From: an uncultured Alphaproteobacteria bacterium
GTDB lineage: Bacteria > Pseudomonadota > Alphaproteobacteria > Geminicoccales > Geminicoccaceae
DNA: 64,000 nucleotides
Assembly: GCA_963753685.1 (NCBI GenBank)
Contig: CAVWDE010000010.1
Span: forward strand, 135,448 to 199,447
Direction of reading: 5' to 3'
The notes under the pieces are model-generated. The model had not been told where the DNA came from and did not search any database. It saw nothing but the letters and a program-made list of their open reading frames with translations. Both the position numbers and the translations under genes were made by a program. This document shows, piece after piece, positions 11,758-19,715 of the stretch. Every line of letters begins with the position of its first letter. Within the stretch, counting starts at the first letter, position 1.

Positions 11758-12624
11758 TTGCCGCCACCGGCGCGCCGGGGCGCATCCACTTGGCTCGCGC
11801 ACCATCGCAGCGCGATCATCCGCCACGTCGTGATCAACTTCTTCCTGCTGACGATCCTTTTGCCGCTCTTCTGGGTCCTGCTGCTCTCGATCAAATCCCT
11901 GCCGGACTCGATGACCGGCCAGTTGTGGCCGCGCAAATTCGATTTTTCCCACTATGCCTACGTGTTCGACAAGATCGCGACGCTACCGGTCAATCTCCTC
12001 AACAGCATCTACGTGACCGCGGCCACGGTCGTGATCACGGTGTTCTGCGCGGTCCTGGCCGGCTATGCGCTCGTGCACCTGAAGCCGCGCGGCGGCCCCT
12101 TCATCATCGCGCTGCTGATCGCCTCGCTCTATTTCCCGACCCGGGTGGTGTCGATCATCAGCATCTACCAGATCCAGGACTTCCTCGGCCTGATCAACAC
12201 CACGAGCGGCCTGATCCTGCCCTACATCACCCTCAATCTCGCGGTCAGCGTCTTGATCATGCGCTCTGTCTTCCAGCTCGTGCCGCACGAGCTGATGGAT
12301 GCCGCCCACATCGACGGCGCCGGCGTCTGGCGCACGCTCTGGATGGTCGGCCTGCCCCTGGTCCGCAATGGCCTCGTGGTCGTGATCATCGTCAATTTCG
12401 TCACCGCCTGGGGCGAATACCTGCTGTGCACGACCCTCACCAACGACCAGGTCGTGCGCACCATGCCGGTCGTGCTCGCCGCCGCCCAGGGCGGCATGGG
12501 CCAATGGGCCTGGCCGCGGATCGCCGCGGTCTACATGATCGTCGTGACCCCCGGCATCATCGCCTTCGCCTTCGCCCAACGCCTGTTCTTCAAGGGCCTG
12601 ATGGAAGGCGTGCTGAAGGCCTGA
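11758..12624 (+). CDS. Carbohydrate-type ABC transporter permease (MalG/UgpE-like), start uncertain
   Basis: ...IIRHVVINFFLLTILLPLFWVLLLSIK... and the EAA loop ...PHELMDAAHIDGAGVWRTLWMVGLP are present. There is no in-frame ATG. TTG at 11758 is the first plausible start. An ATG at 11727, 5 nt after the upstream stop, lies in the -1 frame. Confidence 0.75.
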   Translation: MPPPARRGASTWLAHHRSAIIRHVVINFFLLTILLPLFWVLLLSIKSLPDSMTGQLWPRKFDFSHYAYVFDKIATLPVNLLNSIYVTAATVVITVFCAVLAGYALVHLKPRGGPFIIALLIASLYFPTRVVSIISIYQIQDFLGLINTTSGLILPYITLNLAVSVLIMRSVFQLVPHELMDAAHIDGAGVWRTLWMVGLPLVRNGLVVVIIVNFVTAWGEYLLCTTLTNDQVVRTMPVVLAAAQGGMGQWAWPRIAAVYMIVVTPGIIAFAFAQRLFFKGLMEGVLKA

Positions 12625-12837
12625 CAGACCACGCTCGGCGCGCTAAAGAAGTCCTCAGTACGAGTCGCTTCCCGTAACTGTTCGCGAGCCTCGTGAGGCC
12701 TGAGCGGACCCGCAAACCCGATGTTCAGATGAGAAATACAAAACTCGAAAGGGTTAATTACTATCCCCGTTGGCTTATCTTTCGACCTATCGCAGGATAG
12801 AGATGCTCGGCAACCAGGACCGATTTGAGCTTGATCA

Positions 12838-13284
12838 TCAAATGTTCCGCTCGGGCTGCCTCGCCAAGGATAACATCCCGGTCGACCTCGTTAAGAACCG
12901 TTCGGCCGGCTCATATCCAGACATCGAGCACCGATAAGAACCTTTTTGGTTCCCTTCTCGCCGAACTCCATGAACTATGAAGTTGCGTGCCTGTCGTGCT
13001 TGGTGAAACTCCTCCCGGAGGTCGGCAATCGCTTGTGATTTTAAATATCCAATTCTTGCATTAAGTTCCTTGAACACTTTGTCGATCTTTGATGAGAAAT
13101 CTGCTTCATATATTTCCATGGCTGAGTCTGGGAACGAAGCATAGTCCTGAGATTGATGCTTGGCCGCAAAGAAGGCAAGCGCGAGCACTGATTCAAGGTG
13201 TGCAAACGTCGCCACCGCGATCCCTAGCGAGTGAAGAAACTCCGGATCCACAAAGTCTATAGAACCCTTGATCGAGTCCGGCAT
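12838..13284 (-). CDS. Hypothetical protein with an HEPN-type R-N-x3-H motif, AT-rich foreign-looking ORF
   Basis: 148 aa. ATG at 13284 is preceded by GAGGGA with a 6-nt spacer. GC is much lower than the neighbours. The protein is predicted helical and carries ...LREEFHQARQARNFIVHG... (R100/N101/H105). I recognise no other family. Confidence 0.55.
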   Translation of the reverse strand: MPDSIKGSIDFVDPEFLHSLGIAVATFAHLESVLALAFFAAKHQSQDYASFPDSAMEIYEADFSSKIDKVFKELNARIGYLKSQAIADLREEFHQARQARNFIVHGVRREGNQKGSYRCSMSGYEPAERFLTRSTGMLSLARQPERNI

Positions 13285-13327
13285 CGCGCGTCCCTCAAAG
13301 AATGCGCTGCTGAGTTCTTGCCGCTCG

Positions 13328-13618
13328 CTAGGCGGCCAAGGCGCGCCTTACCGCGTCGGGCTCGTGCTCGATCACCTTGAGCAGGATGCGCGCCGGGCCC
13401 TCGGGGTGGCGGCGTCCCTGCTCCCAGCTCTGCACCGCGGCGAGGCCGAAGCCGAAGCTGGAGGCAAAGCGCGACTGCGACATGCCGAGCTTGCGCCGCA
13501 GTGCCTTGACGTCGAATTCGGGCGGGACGTGCACGACCCGTTCGCCCTCGGCCTCGCCGCGCAGGATGGCGCGGGCTTCCCGGATGCTGCCCAGGATCTT
13601 GTCACCGGCGGCGGACAT
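13328..13618 (-). CDS. XRE/HTH-type antitoxin (partner class of the PF06296-like RelE toxins)
   Basis: MSAAGDKILGSIREARAILRGE...DVKALRRKLGMSQSRFASSFGFGLAAVQSWEQGRRHPEGPARILLKVIEHEPDAV is the typical antitoxin of this RelE subfamily. Its start overlaps the upstream toxin remnant by 17 nt. Confidence 0.8.
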   Translation of the reverse strand: MSAAGDKILGSIREARAILRGEAEGERVVHVPPEFDVKALRRKLGMSQSRFASSFGFGLAAVQSWEQGRRHPEGPARILLKVIEHEPDAVRRALAA

Positions 13619-13837
13619 GGCGCCTCGCTCCTCGACGGTAGTCCTCAACGAGCCCGGCCAGCTCGCGCTTCAGCGCGTTGCGCTCGGCCTGGGTCAAGTC
13701 GACCTTCTCACCTTTCGCGAACAGCGTCAGCTGGAACACCGGCACCTCAGGACCGCTGTAGAACGTGTCGCCCGATAGCCGCCCGCGCCCGCCGAACCGA
13801 CCGTGCGACCACGACCTTTCACGGCGTAGCGCCAGGC
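13602..13837 (-). pseudogene. Degraded RelE/ParE-superfamily toxin: N-terminus missing, internal frameshift
   Basis: The C-terminal half ...TFYSGPEVPVFQLTLFAKGEKVDLTQAERNALKRELAGLVEDYRRGA is well conserved for this toxin type. The preceding ...AWRYAVKGRGRTVGSAGAGGYRA is in another frame, a 1-nt loss near 13765-13770. Stop codons lie directly upstream at 13838-13840, and no start codon remains. Confidence 0.6.
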
Positions 13838-13881
13838 CTATCCCGAAGCTTAGCCACGATGGCCTATTCGGGAGCCTGACG

Positions 13882-14340
13882 ATGAACTGGTATCGACATG
13901 GTTGGGTGCACGCGCGCGGCGCGATCGTTCTGGGCATGCTCGCGATCGGCAGCGTCCAGGTGGATTCGGTCCGGGCGGGCTCGGACTGGTTCGCCCTCGA
14001 TCCGGACAAGACCCTCTGCGACGTCCACTCGTCGACCTGTACCATCGAGCTTGCCTGGTCGGTCAGCAACGAGGACAAGTTCGACAAGTGGAAGATCTGC
14101 TGGATGCCGAAAGTATCGCGCACCTGGCTCACCGATGATTGTAAATATTATTCCAAGGTCAGGACGATCGACAACAATTTCTACGCCATTCCGGATCTGA
14201 ACATGGACCACGATTATCGGGTCAAGCTGGAGGGGCGACGGGAAAAGAACGGCAACTGGACCTGCGTGCAGAAGACGGTAGTCCGGTACGTCGGCTACGG
14301 GGCTTACCTCGCCGACGGCGGCATCTGCACCGACTTTTGA
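13882..14340 (+). CDS. Small secreted Cys-rich hypothetical protein
   Basis: ATG at 13882 follows GGGAG. It has an N-terminal hydrophobic signal (AIVLGMLAIGSVQVDSVRA) and six Cys in the mature part. Beta-rich segments (TIELAWSV..., YRVKLEG...) suggest an Ig/FN3-like fold. GC is lower than the flanks. Confidence 0.6.
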   Translation: MNWYRHGWVHARGAIVLGMLAIGSVQVDSVRAGSDWFALDPDKTLCDVHSSTCTIELAWSVSNEDKFDKWKICWMPKVSRTWLTDDCKYYSKVRTIDNNFYAIPDLNMDHDYRVKLEGRREKNGNWTCVQKTVVRYVGYGAYLADGGICTDF

Positions 14341-14471
14341 GGGGTCCGGGACTCCCGCGACCAGACGCGGCCGATCGCTGGAGTTGTTCCTCGACCACCG
14401 GCACTCCCGGCGGCTGCTCGGGGCGGCGAGGCGGGAAGCCGCAGCCTACGACCGTCGGCCGGCGCCTGTGC

Positions 14472-14900
14472 TCACTCGCGCACGACCATGACCGAGCATT
14501 TGGCGTGGCGGACGACCTTGCCGGTGTTGGGCCCGAGCAGGAAGTCGGCGAGCTCGGGGCGGTGCGCCGCCATGACGATCAGGTCGGCCTTGATCGCGTC
14601 GGCGGCCTTGAGGATCTCCTGGTAGATCCGGCCCCCGGCGACGAGCCGCCGCGATTCGATCTCGGGCGGCACCTGCTGGGCGGCGAGGTCGCGCAGCTGC
14701 TTGACCACCTGCTGGCGGAGCTTGGCCTCGTAGCCCTCCGGCAGGGCCTGGCCGACCACCGGCAGGCCCCGCTCCGGCACCACCGCGAGCAGGTGCAGCC
14801 TGGCCTCGAAGGTCTCGCACAAGGAGATCGCGGTCGGCAGCGCCTTGCGCCAGGAGTGCTTGTCGGACAAATCGATCGGCACCAGGACGTTGCGGTACAT
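14472..14900 (-). CDS. Universal stress protein (UspA family)
   Basis: MYRNVLVPIDLSD..., ...ADLIVMAAHRP...LLGPNTGKVVRHAKCSVMVVRE. Confidence 0.9.
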   Translation of the reverse strand: MYRNVLVPIDLSDKHSWRKALPTAISLCETFEARLHLLAVVPERGLPVVGQALPEGYEAKLRQQVVKQLRDLAAQQVPPEIESRRLVAGGRIYQEILKAADAIKADLIVMAAHRPELADFLLGPNTGKVVRHAKCSVMVVRE

Positions 14901-15125
14901 GGGCGTCGTTCTCCCGGTCAGTCGCCAGCCGCCGCGACGGCGGCCGTTGCCGGCGCCAGGGTCGGGCTGCGGCGCCGTTGCAGCCAGGGGATCAGGCCGG
15001 GCACCACCGGCGCCGGCAACCGCATCAGCTCTTCAGACGGACGGTCTTCGACCCCGGGCACGCGGGTGATCTCGAAGCCGAAACTCCGGCCCGCCTTCCC
15101 GGCCGCGCGGCCGTCACGCCCGACC

Positions 15126-16109
15126 CTACATCAGGCCGGCTTCCTTGTAGTACTTCAGGGCGCCCGGGTGCAGCGGGGCCGAGAGCGCCAGGGTCACCAT
15201 CTCCGCCTTCTTCAGGTTGGCGAACGCAGGGTGCAGCTTCTTGAACTCGTCGAAGTTCTCGAACACCGCCTTGACCACCTGGTAGACGACGTCGTCGGGC
15301 ACCTTGGCCGAGGTCACGACGGTCGCGCGCACGCCGAAGGTCTCGACGTCGCGCTCGGTGCCGCGATACAGGCCGCCCGGGATGACCGCCTTGGTATAAT
15401 AGGGGAACTCCTTGACCAGGGTATCGATCTCGGGCCCGGTCACCGGCACCAGATGGGCATCGGCGGTGGCCGTGGCCTCCTGGATCGAGCCGCTCGGGTG
15501 GCCGACCGTGAACACGATCGCGTCGATCTGGTTGTCGGCCAGCGCCTGCGCCTGCTCGGCCGACTTGAGCTCGGAGGCGAGCCCGAAGTCGGCGAGCGTC
15601 CAGCCCTTGCGCGCCATCACCACCTCCAGGGTCGAGCGCTGGCCGGAGCCCGGATTGCCGACGTTGACCCGCTTGCCCTTGAGGTCGTCGAAGGTGCGGA
15701 TGTCGGCATCGTCGCGCGCCACGACGGTGAACGGCTCGGGGTGCAGCGAGAACACCGCGCGCAGGTCCGCGAACGGGCCCCGATCCTTGAACTCCTGGCC
15801 CTCGCCTTTCCAGGCCTTGTACTGCACGTCGCTCTGGACGATGCCCAGGTCGAGCTCGCCCTCGCGGATCGTGTTGACGTTGTAGACCGAGCCGCTGGTG
15901 GCCTCGACCGAGCAGCGGATCCCGCTCGCCTTGCGGTCCTTGTTGACCAGGCGGCAGATCGCGCTGCCGGCCGGGTAGTAGACGCCGGTCACGCCGCCGG
16001 TGCCGATCGTGATGAAGGTGTCGGCGCGCGCGGACAGGACGTTCGTGGCGAGCAGGGCTGCGCCGGCCGCGAGCCCGAGCGCGACGCCGCGAAGCGGTCG
16101 AACGTGCAT
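15126..16109 (-). CDS. TAXI-family TRAP transporter solute receptor
   Basis: ATG at 16109. Signal peptide, then ...[26 protein letters not shown]...[11 protein letters not shown]...[15 protein letters not shown]...[11 protein letters not shown] are TAXI hallmarks. Confidence 0.9.
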   Translation of the reverse strand: MHVRPLRGVALGLAAGAALLATNVLSARADTFITIGTGGVTGVYYPAGSAICRLVNKDRKASGIRCSVEATSGSVYNVNTIREGELDLGIVQSDVQYKAWKGEGQEFKDRGPFADLRAVFSLHPEPFTVVARDDADIRTFDDLKGKRVNVGNPGSGQRSTLEVVMARKGWTLADFGLASELKSAEQAQALADNQIDAIVFTVGHPSGSIQEATATADAHLVPVTGPEIDTLVKEFPYYTKAVIPGGLYRGTERDVETFGVRATVVTSAKVPDDVVYQVVKAVFENFDEFKKLHPAFANLKKAEMVTLALSAPLHPGALKYYKEAGLM

Positions 16110-16257
16110 GTCCGTCGAGGCCCCTCGGTGATCCGCAGATTGAATCGACCTTAGCCAGGGTGGCACAATGGGGCAAGCCGGGCGGATCGCGGCGACCCTC
16201 GAGGCCGCGGCCGTGCCGGTGGCCACGCGGCCGAATTCAGATCTGGGAGGATGGGCT

Positions 16258-16794
16258 GTGGAACGCAACTGGGGCTGGCTCCTGGCGCTCGGGATTGGTC
16301 TGATCGCGCTTGGCCTCCTGGACATCGCGGTGCCGGTGATCGCGACGCTCGCGATCGGCATCTTCGTCGGCTGGCTGCTGCTGATCGGCGGCGTGGCGCA
16401 GATCGTCCATGCCTTCAGCGCCCGAGGCTGGAGTGGCTTCGCCCTGCATCTTCTGGGCGGCGTCCTCTATCTGCTGGTCGGCGGCTGGATGATCTTCAAT
16501 CCGCTGCTCGGCGCGCTCGCCCTGACCCTGCTGCTGGCTGCCTTTCTCCTGGTCCAGGGCATCTGCCAGATCGGCCTCGCGCTGCGGCTCCGGCCGGCGC
16601 GCGCCTGGGGCTGGCCGCTCGCGAGCGGGGTGGTCACGCTGCTGCTGGCGGTCCTGATCTATGCCGGCTGGCCGAGTTCGGCGCTCTGGGTGATCGGCCT
16701 GCTGGTCGGCATCCACCTGCTGATGAGCGGCGTGTCGCTGACCATGCTGGCGCTCGCCGCGCGCGCCATCGCGCATGAGGCGCCGGCGCGCTGA
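16258..16794 (+). CDS. HdeD-family (DUF308) acid-resistance membrane protein
   Basis: GTG at 16258 lies 7 nt after GGGAGG. An alternative upstream ATG is at 16168. ...[18 protein letters not shown]... and the repeated DUF308 TM pattern are present. Confidence 0.8.
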   Translation: MERNWGWLLALGIGLIALGLLDIAVPVIATLAIGIFVGWLLLIGGVAQIVHAFSARGWSGFALHLLGGVLYLLVGGWMIFNPLLGALALTLLLAAFLLVQGICQIGLALRLRPARAWGWPLASGVVTLLLAVLIYAGWPSSALWVIGLLVGIHLLMSGVSLTMLALAARAIAHEAPAR

Positions 16795-16822
16795 GCGGTG
16801 CGGCCCGGCCGGGTGAGCCAAA

Positions 16823-17425
16823 ATGACCGATCACGCTTCGCGGCGGCGCCCGCCCGGCGTTCCAGGGTGGCGCTCCCAAAGACGCTCGCCCACCGGCGTC
16901 GAGCCGCCCGCTCGCGATCCGCACGGGCCCCTGAGCAGGGCGCCACGCCCGATCACGATCGCAGGTCTTGGGCGCGGCTTGCTGGCAGTCGCCATGACCG
17001 GTGCGCTTGCCGCTTGCATTCCCGCGATCGCCACGGTTGCGGGCGCCGGGAATCGCGATCGCGAGCCGGCGCCCACCGTGCAAGGGACACCCACGACCAT
17101 GACTGCGCCACCCTGTATCGATGATGCCAGCAATGGCCAGGAGCGGGAGTTCGCGCTCGGTCAGACGTTCGAGATCTGCTTGCCGGAAAACCCGACCACA
17201 GGCTACCGCTGGCAGCTCGACTCTGCGGCCGCCCCCATAGTGGCGCTGGAAAGCGACCGCTTCGAGCCGCCCGACGGCCCCCCCGGTCAGGGCGGTCGTC
17301 ACCACTGGCAGTTTCGCGCCACGCAGGTCGGCGCGGCGGCGATCGAGCTTGCCTATCGCCGCGCGTGGGCGAACGACGGCCCGCCTGCGAAGACGTTCAC
17401 CCTCCGAATCCGCGTGCGCGCCTGA
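16823..17425 (+). CDS. Chagasin-family (I42) cysteine peptidase inhibitor, lipoprotein; start uncertain
   Basis: Lipobox LAAC, then ...FEICLPENPTTGYRWQL...GGRHHWQFRATQVGAAAIELAYRRAW... The NPTTGYRW and RxW loops are characteristic of chagasin/ICP. The Arg/Pro-rich first ~50 aa may not be translated. Confidence 0.85.
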   Translation: MTDHASRRRPPGVPGWRSQRRSPTGVEPPARDPHGPLSRAPRPITIAGLGRGLLAVAMTGALAACIPAIATVAGAGNRDREPAPTVQGTPTTMTAPPCIDDASNGQEREFALGQTFEICLPENPTTGYRWQLDSAAAPIVALESDRFEPPDGPPGQGGRHHWQFRATQVGAAAIELAYRRAWANDGPPAKTFTLRIRVRA

Positions 17426-17481
17426 CGGGCAGGCCGGTCGCCGCGCCTCTCAGCCCGGCCGGCTTCCGCCCGGATCGGTTC

Positions 17482-18252
17482 TCAAGGCTGCTGGACCAGG
17501 CGGATGGTCCAGAAGTCGTCGGCGAGGTTGGAATCCAAGAGGTACTGATAGGGCAAGGTGAAGTATCCCTTCATGCCCCACGTCTCACCCCACGAGTTGC
17601 GCACGAGGAACCAGCTGTTGCCGTCATCGTAGCCGACCGCGAGCACCGCGTGGCCGCCGATGGCCTGCTCGCCCGGTAGCGGCATGGAGGCGTGGCCGGT
17701 CCTGGCCACCTCCTCGCCCTCGAAGCTTTCGTAGACCGTGAAGCCGAACACGAAGGGGTGCAGCCCGGCCAGGCACCCCTTCATCTGCAGGAGATTGTGC
17801 GAGATTCTCCGGTACAGGATCGCCTTGTGCTTGACCGCCTCCTGGTAGCACTTGGCGGGCGGCCGATTGCGGAATTTGGCGATGTCGTAGGGCCACATCG
17901 TCTCGGGGCAGACGCCCTCGGTGCCGATGCTCTTGATGCCATCGCGGATCATCGCTCCGCTGTCGCTGTCGACCGTATTCTCCATCACCCGTTCGTTGTA
18001 GTAGACGAACAGCCGCGACGGCATGAACGCGTCGGGGATCTTTTCCTGCATCTCCTGAAACTGATGGGCGGCGCCGATGGCGTTGGCGGTGCAGCTGCCG
18101 AGCTCGCCCTGATCGTAGACCGGGGGACACGACGGGCGCAGGTCGACGCTGGGCGGCAGCTTGCTCAGGCGCTCGGGCGGCGCCGCATACAGATAGTCTC
18201 GGGCGTCCGGCAGATCCGGAACCCAACCGAAACGACTGATCTTTCGAGCCAT
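17482..18252 (-). CDS. Papain-like (C1A) cysteine peptidase without signal peptide or prodomain
   Basis: MARKISRFGWVPDLPDARDY...VDLRPSCPPVYDQGELGSCTANA (Gln/Cys), ...IGGHAVLAVGYDD (His), ...FLVRNSWGETWGMKGYF (Asn/Trp). The catalytic residues are intact. The gene is convergent with the inhibitor gene across a 56-nt gap. Confidence 0.9.
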   Translation of the reverse strand: MARKISRFGWVPDLPDARDYLYAAPPERLSKLPPSVDLRPSCPPVYDQGELGSCTANAIGAAHQFQEMQEKIPDAFMPSRLFVYYNERVMENTVDSDSGAMIRDGIKSIGTEGVCPETMWPYDIAKFRNRPPAKCYQEAVKHKAILYRRISHNLLQMKGCLAGLHPFVFGFTVYESFEGEEVARTGHASMPLPGEQAIGGHAVLAVGYDDGNSWFLVRNSWGETWGMKGYFTLPYQYLLDSNLADDFWTIRLVQQP

Positions 18253-18513
18253 GCACTGCACTCCCCTGTTCACGGGCGCCGGTGCTCAGCGCACGAGCCC
18301 GTTGATCAGCGTCCAGGTTTCGGCTGACCCGGATGCGCTTCGACGGTCGCGATTATCCTCCTTTGCGCAGGCAGCGACAAGTTCATGCCGTGCCGCGCGC
18401 CAGGACGGCCGAGGACAACGGCAAAGGACCTCGCAGCAGGATTCGAACCTCGGATCGAGGACCTGACCGAGGTCAAAAGCGCCCGCGCGTTGCGTCTGGC
18501 CGGGTCGCGCTGC

Positions 18514-19635
18514 TCAGGCCGGGTTCAGCGCCTGCTCGGGCGGGGTGTAGGGCAGGCCGAGGTCGCGCGCCACCGCCTGGTAGGTGATCTGGCCGCGATG
18601 GACGTTGAGGCCGGCCATCAGGTGCGGATCGTCCAGGCAGGCCTGCCGGTAGCCCTTGTCGGCGAGCGCGCGCACGAAGGGGAGGGTCGCGTTGTTGAGG
18701 GCGAAGGTCGCGGTGTTGGCGACCGCGCCCGGCATGTTGGCAACGCAATAGTGGACCACGCCGTCGACCACGTAGGTCGGGTCCGCGTGCGTGGTCGGGC
18801 GCGAGGTCTCGGTGCAGCCGCCCTGATCGATCGCGACGTCGACGATCACCGCGCCGCGCTTCATGCGCGCCAGGTGCTCGCGCTTGATCAGCTTGGGCGC
18901 GGCGGCGCCCGGCGTGAGCGTCGCGCCGATCACCAGATCGGCGTCGGCGAGCTCGGCCTCGAGGGTCTCGAAGGTCGAGTAGCGGGTCACCAGGCGCATG
19001 CCGAACTCGCGGCCGAGCTCCTCGATGCGCGCGACCGAGCGCTCGAGCAGCACGACGCGCGCGCCCATGCCGAGCGCGACCCTGGCGGCATTGGTGCCGA
19101 CCACGCCGCCGCCGATGATCACAACCTTGCCCGGCAGCACCCCCGGCACCCCGGACAAAAGGATGCCCGAGCCGCCGCGCGCCATCTCCATGGAATGCGC
19201 CCCGGCCTGGATCGACATCCGGCCGGCGACCGCGCTCATCGGCGCCAGCAGCGGCAGGCCGCCGCGCGCGTCGGTCACGGTCTCATAGGCGATCGCGACG
19301 CAGCCGGACGCCAGCAGATCCCGGGTCTGGTCCGGATCGGGGGCGAGATGCAGATAGGTGAACAGCAGCTGGCCCTCACGCAGCCGCGCCCGTTCCGCAG
19401 CCAGCGGCTCCTTGACCTTGACGATCATGTCGGCGCCGGCGAACACCTCCTCGGCGCTGCCCGCGATCTGGGCGCCCGCGCTCTCGTAGTGGCGGTCATC
19501 GAGGCGGATCGCATCGCCCGCGCCGGTCTCGACCAGCAGCTCATGGCCGTGCAGGACCAGTTCGCGCACCGAAGTCGGCGTCAGCCCGACCCGGTACTCG
19601 TGGACTTTGGTCTCCTTGGGGACGCCGATCCGCAT
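18514..19635 (-). CDS. ald: Alanine dehydrogenase
   Basis: [20 protein letters not shown]...KVKEP...[14 protein letters not shown]...[10 protein letters not shown]...[11 protein letters not shown]. Confidence 0.95.
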   Translation of the reverse strand: MRIGVPKETKVHEYRVGLTPTSVRELVLHGHELLVETGAGDAIRLDDRHYESAGAQIAGSAEEVFAGADMIVKVKEPLAAERARLREGQLLFTYLHLAPDPDQTRDLLASGCVAIAYETVTDARGGLPLLAPMSAVAGRMSIQAGAHSMEMARGGSGILLSGVPGVLPGKVVIIGGGVVGTNAARVALGMGARVVLLERSVARIEELGREFGMRLVTRYSTFETLEAELADADLVIGATLTPGAAAPKLIKREHLARMKRGAVIVDVAIDQGGCTETSRPTTHADPTYVVDGVVHYCVANMPGAVANTATFALNNATLPFVRALADKGYRQACLDDPHLMAGLNVHRGQITYQAVARDLGLPYTPPEQALNPA

Positions 19636-19715
19636 GGGCCACCTCGCTCCGGCCAAGGCCTTGAAATGGAGGGTCGCGCGCGCCGGTTCAACCGCAGACT
19701 GAGGTTAAATCGGCC

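Noticed and set aside
14901-15125. A possible remnant of the missing TRAP permease in the spacer between the TAXI receptor and usp.
   Set aside because: My translation of the three minus-strand frames showed no hydrophobic or DctQM-like segments. I found only short Arg/Pro-rich peptides.
16251-16260. ATG codons one frame away from the gene body at the starts of hdeD (16251), the MscS gene (25516) and ampG (21054). These could be read as further plus-one frameshifts.
   Set aside because: In each case an in-frame GTG gives a sensible N-terminus or signal peptide. For hdeD the GTG is 7 nt after a GGGAGG Shine-Dalgarno. I therefore treat these as chance ATGs and did not count them as breaks.
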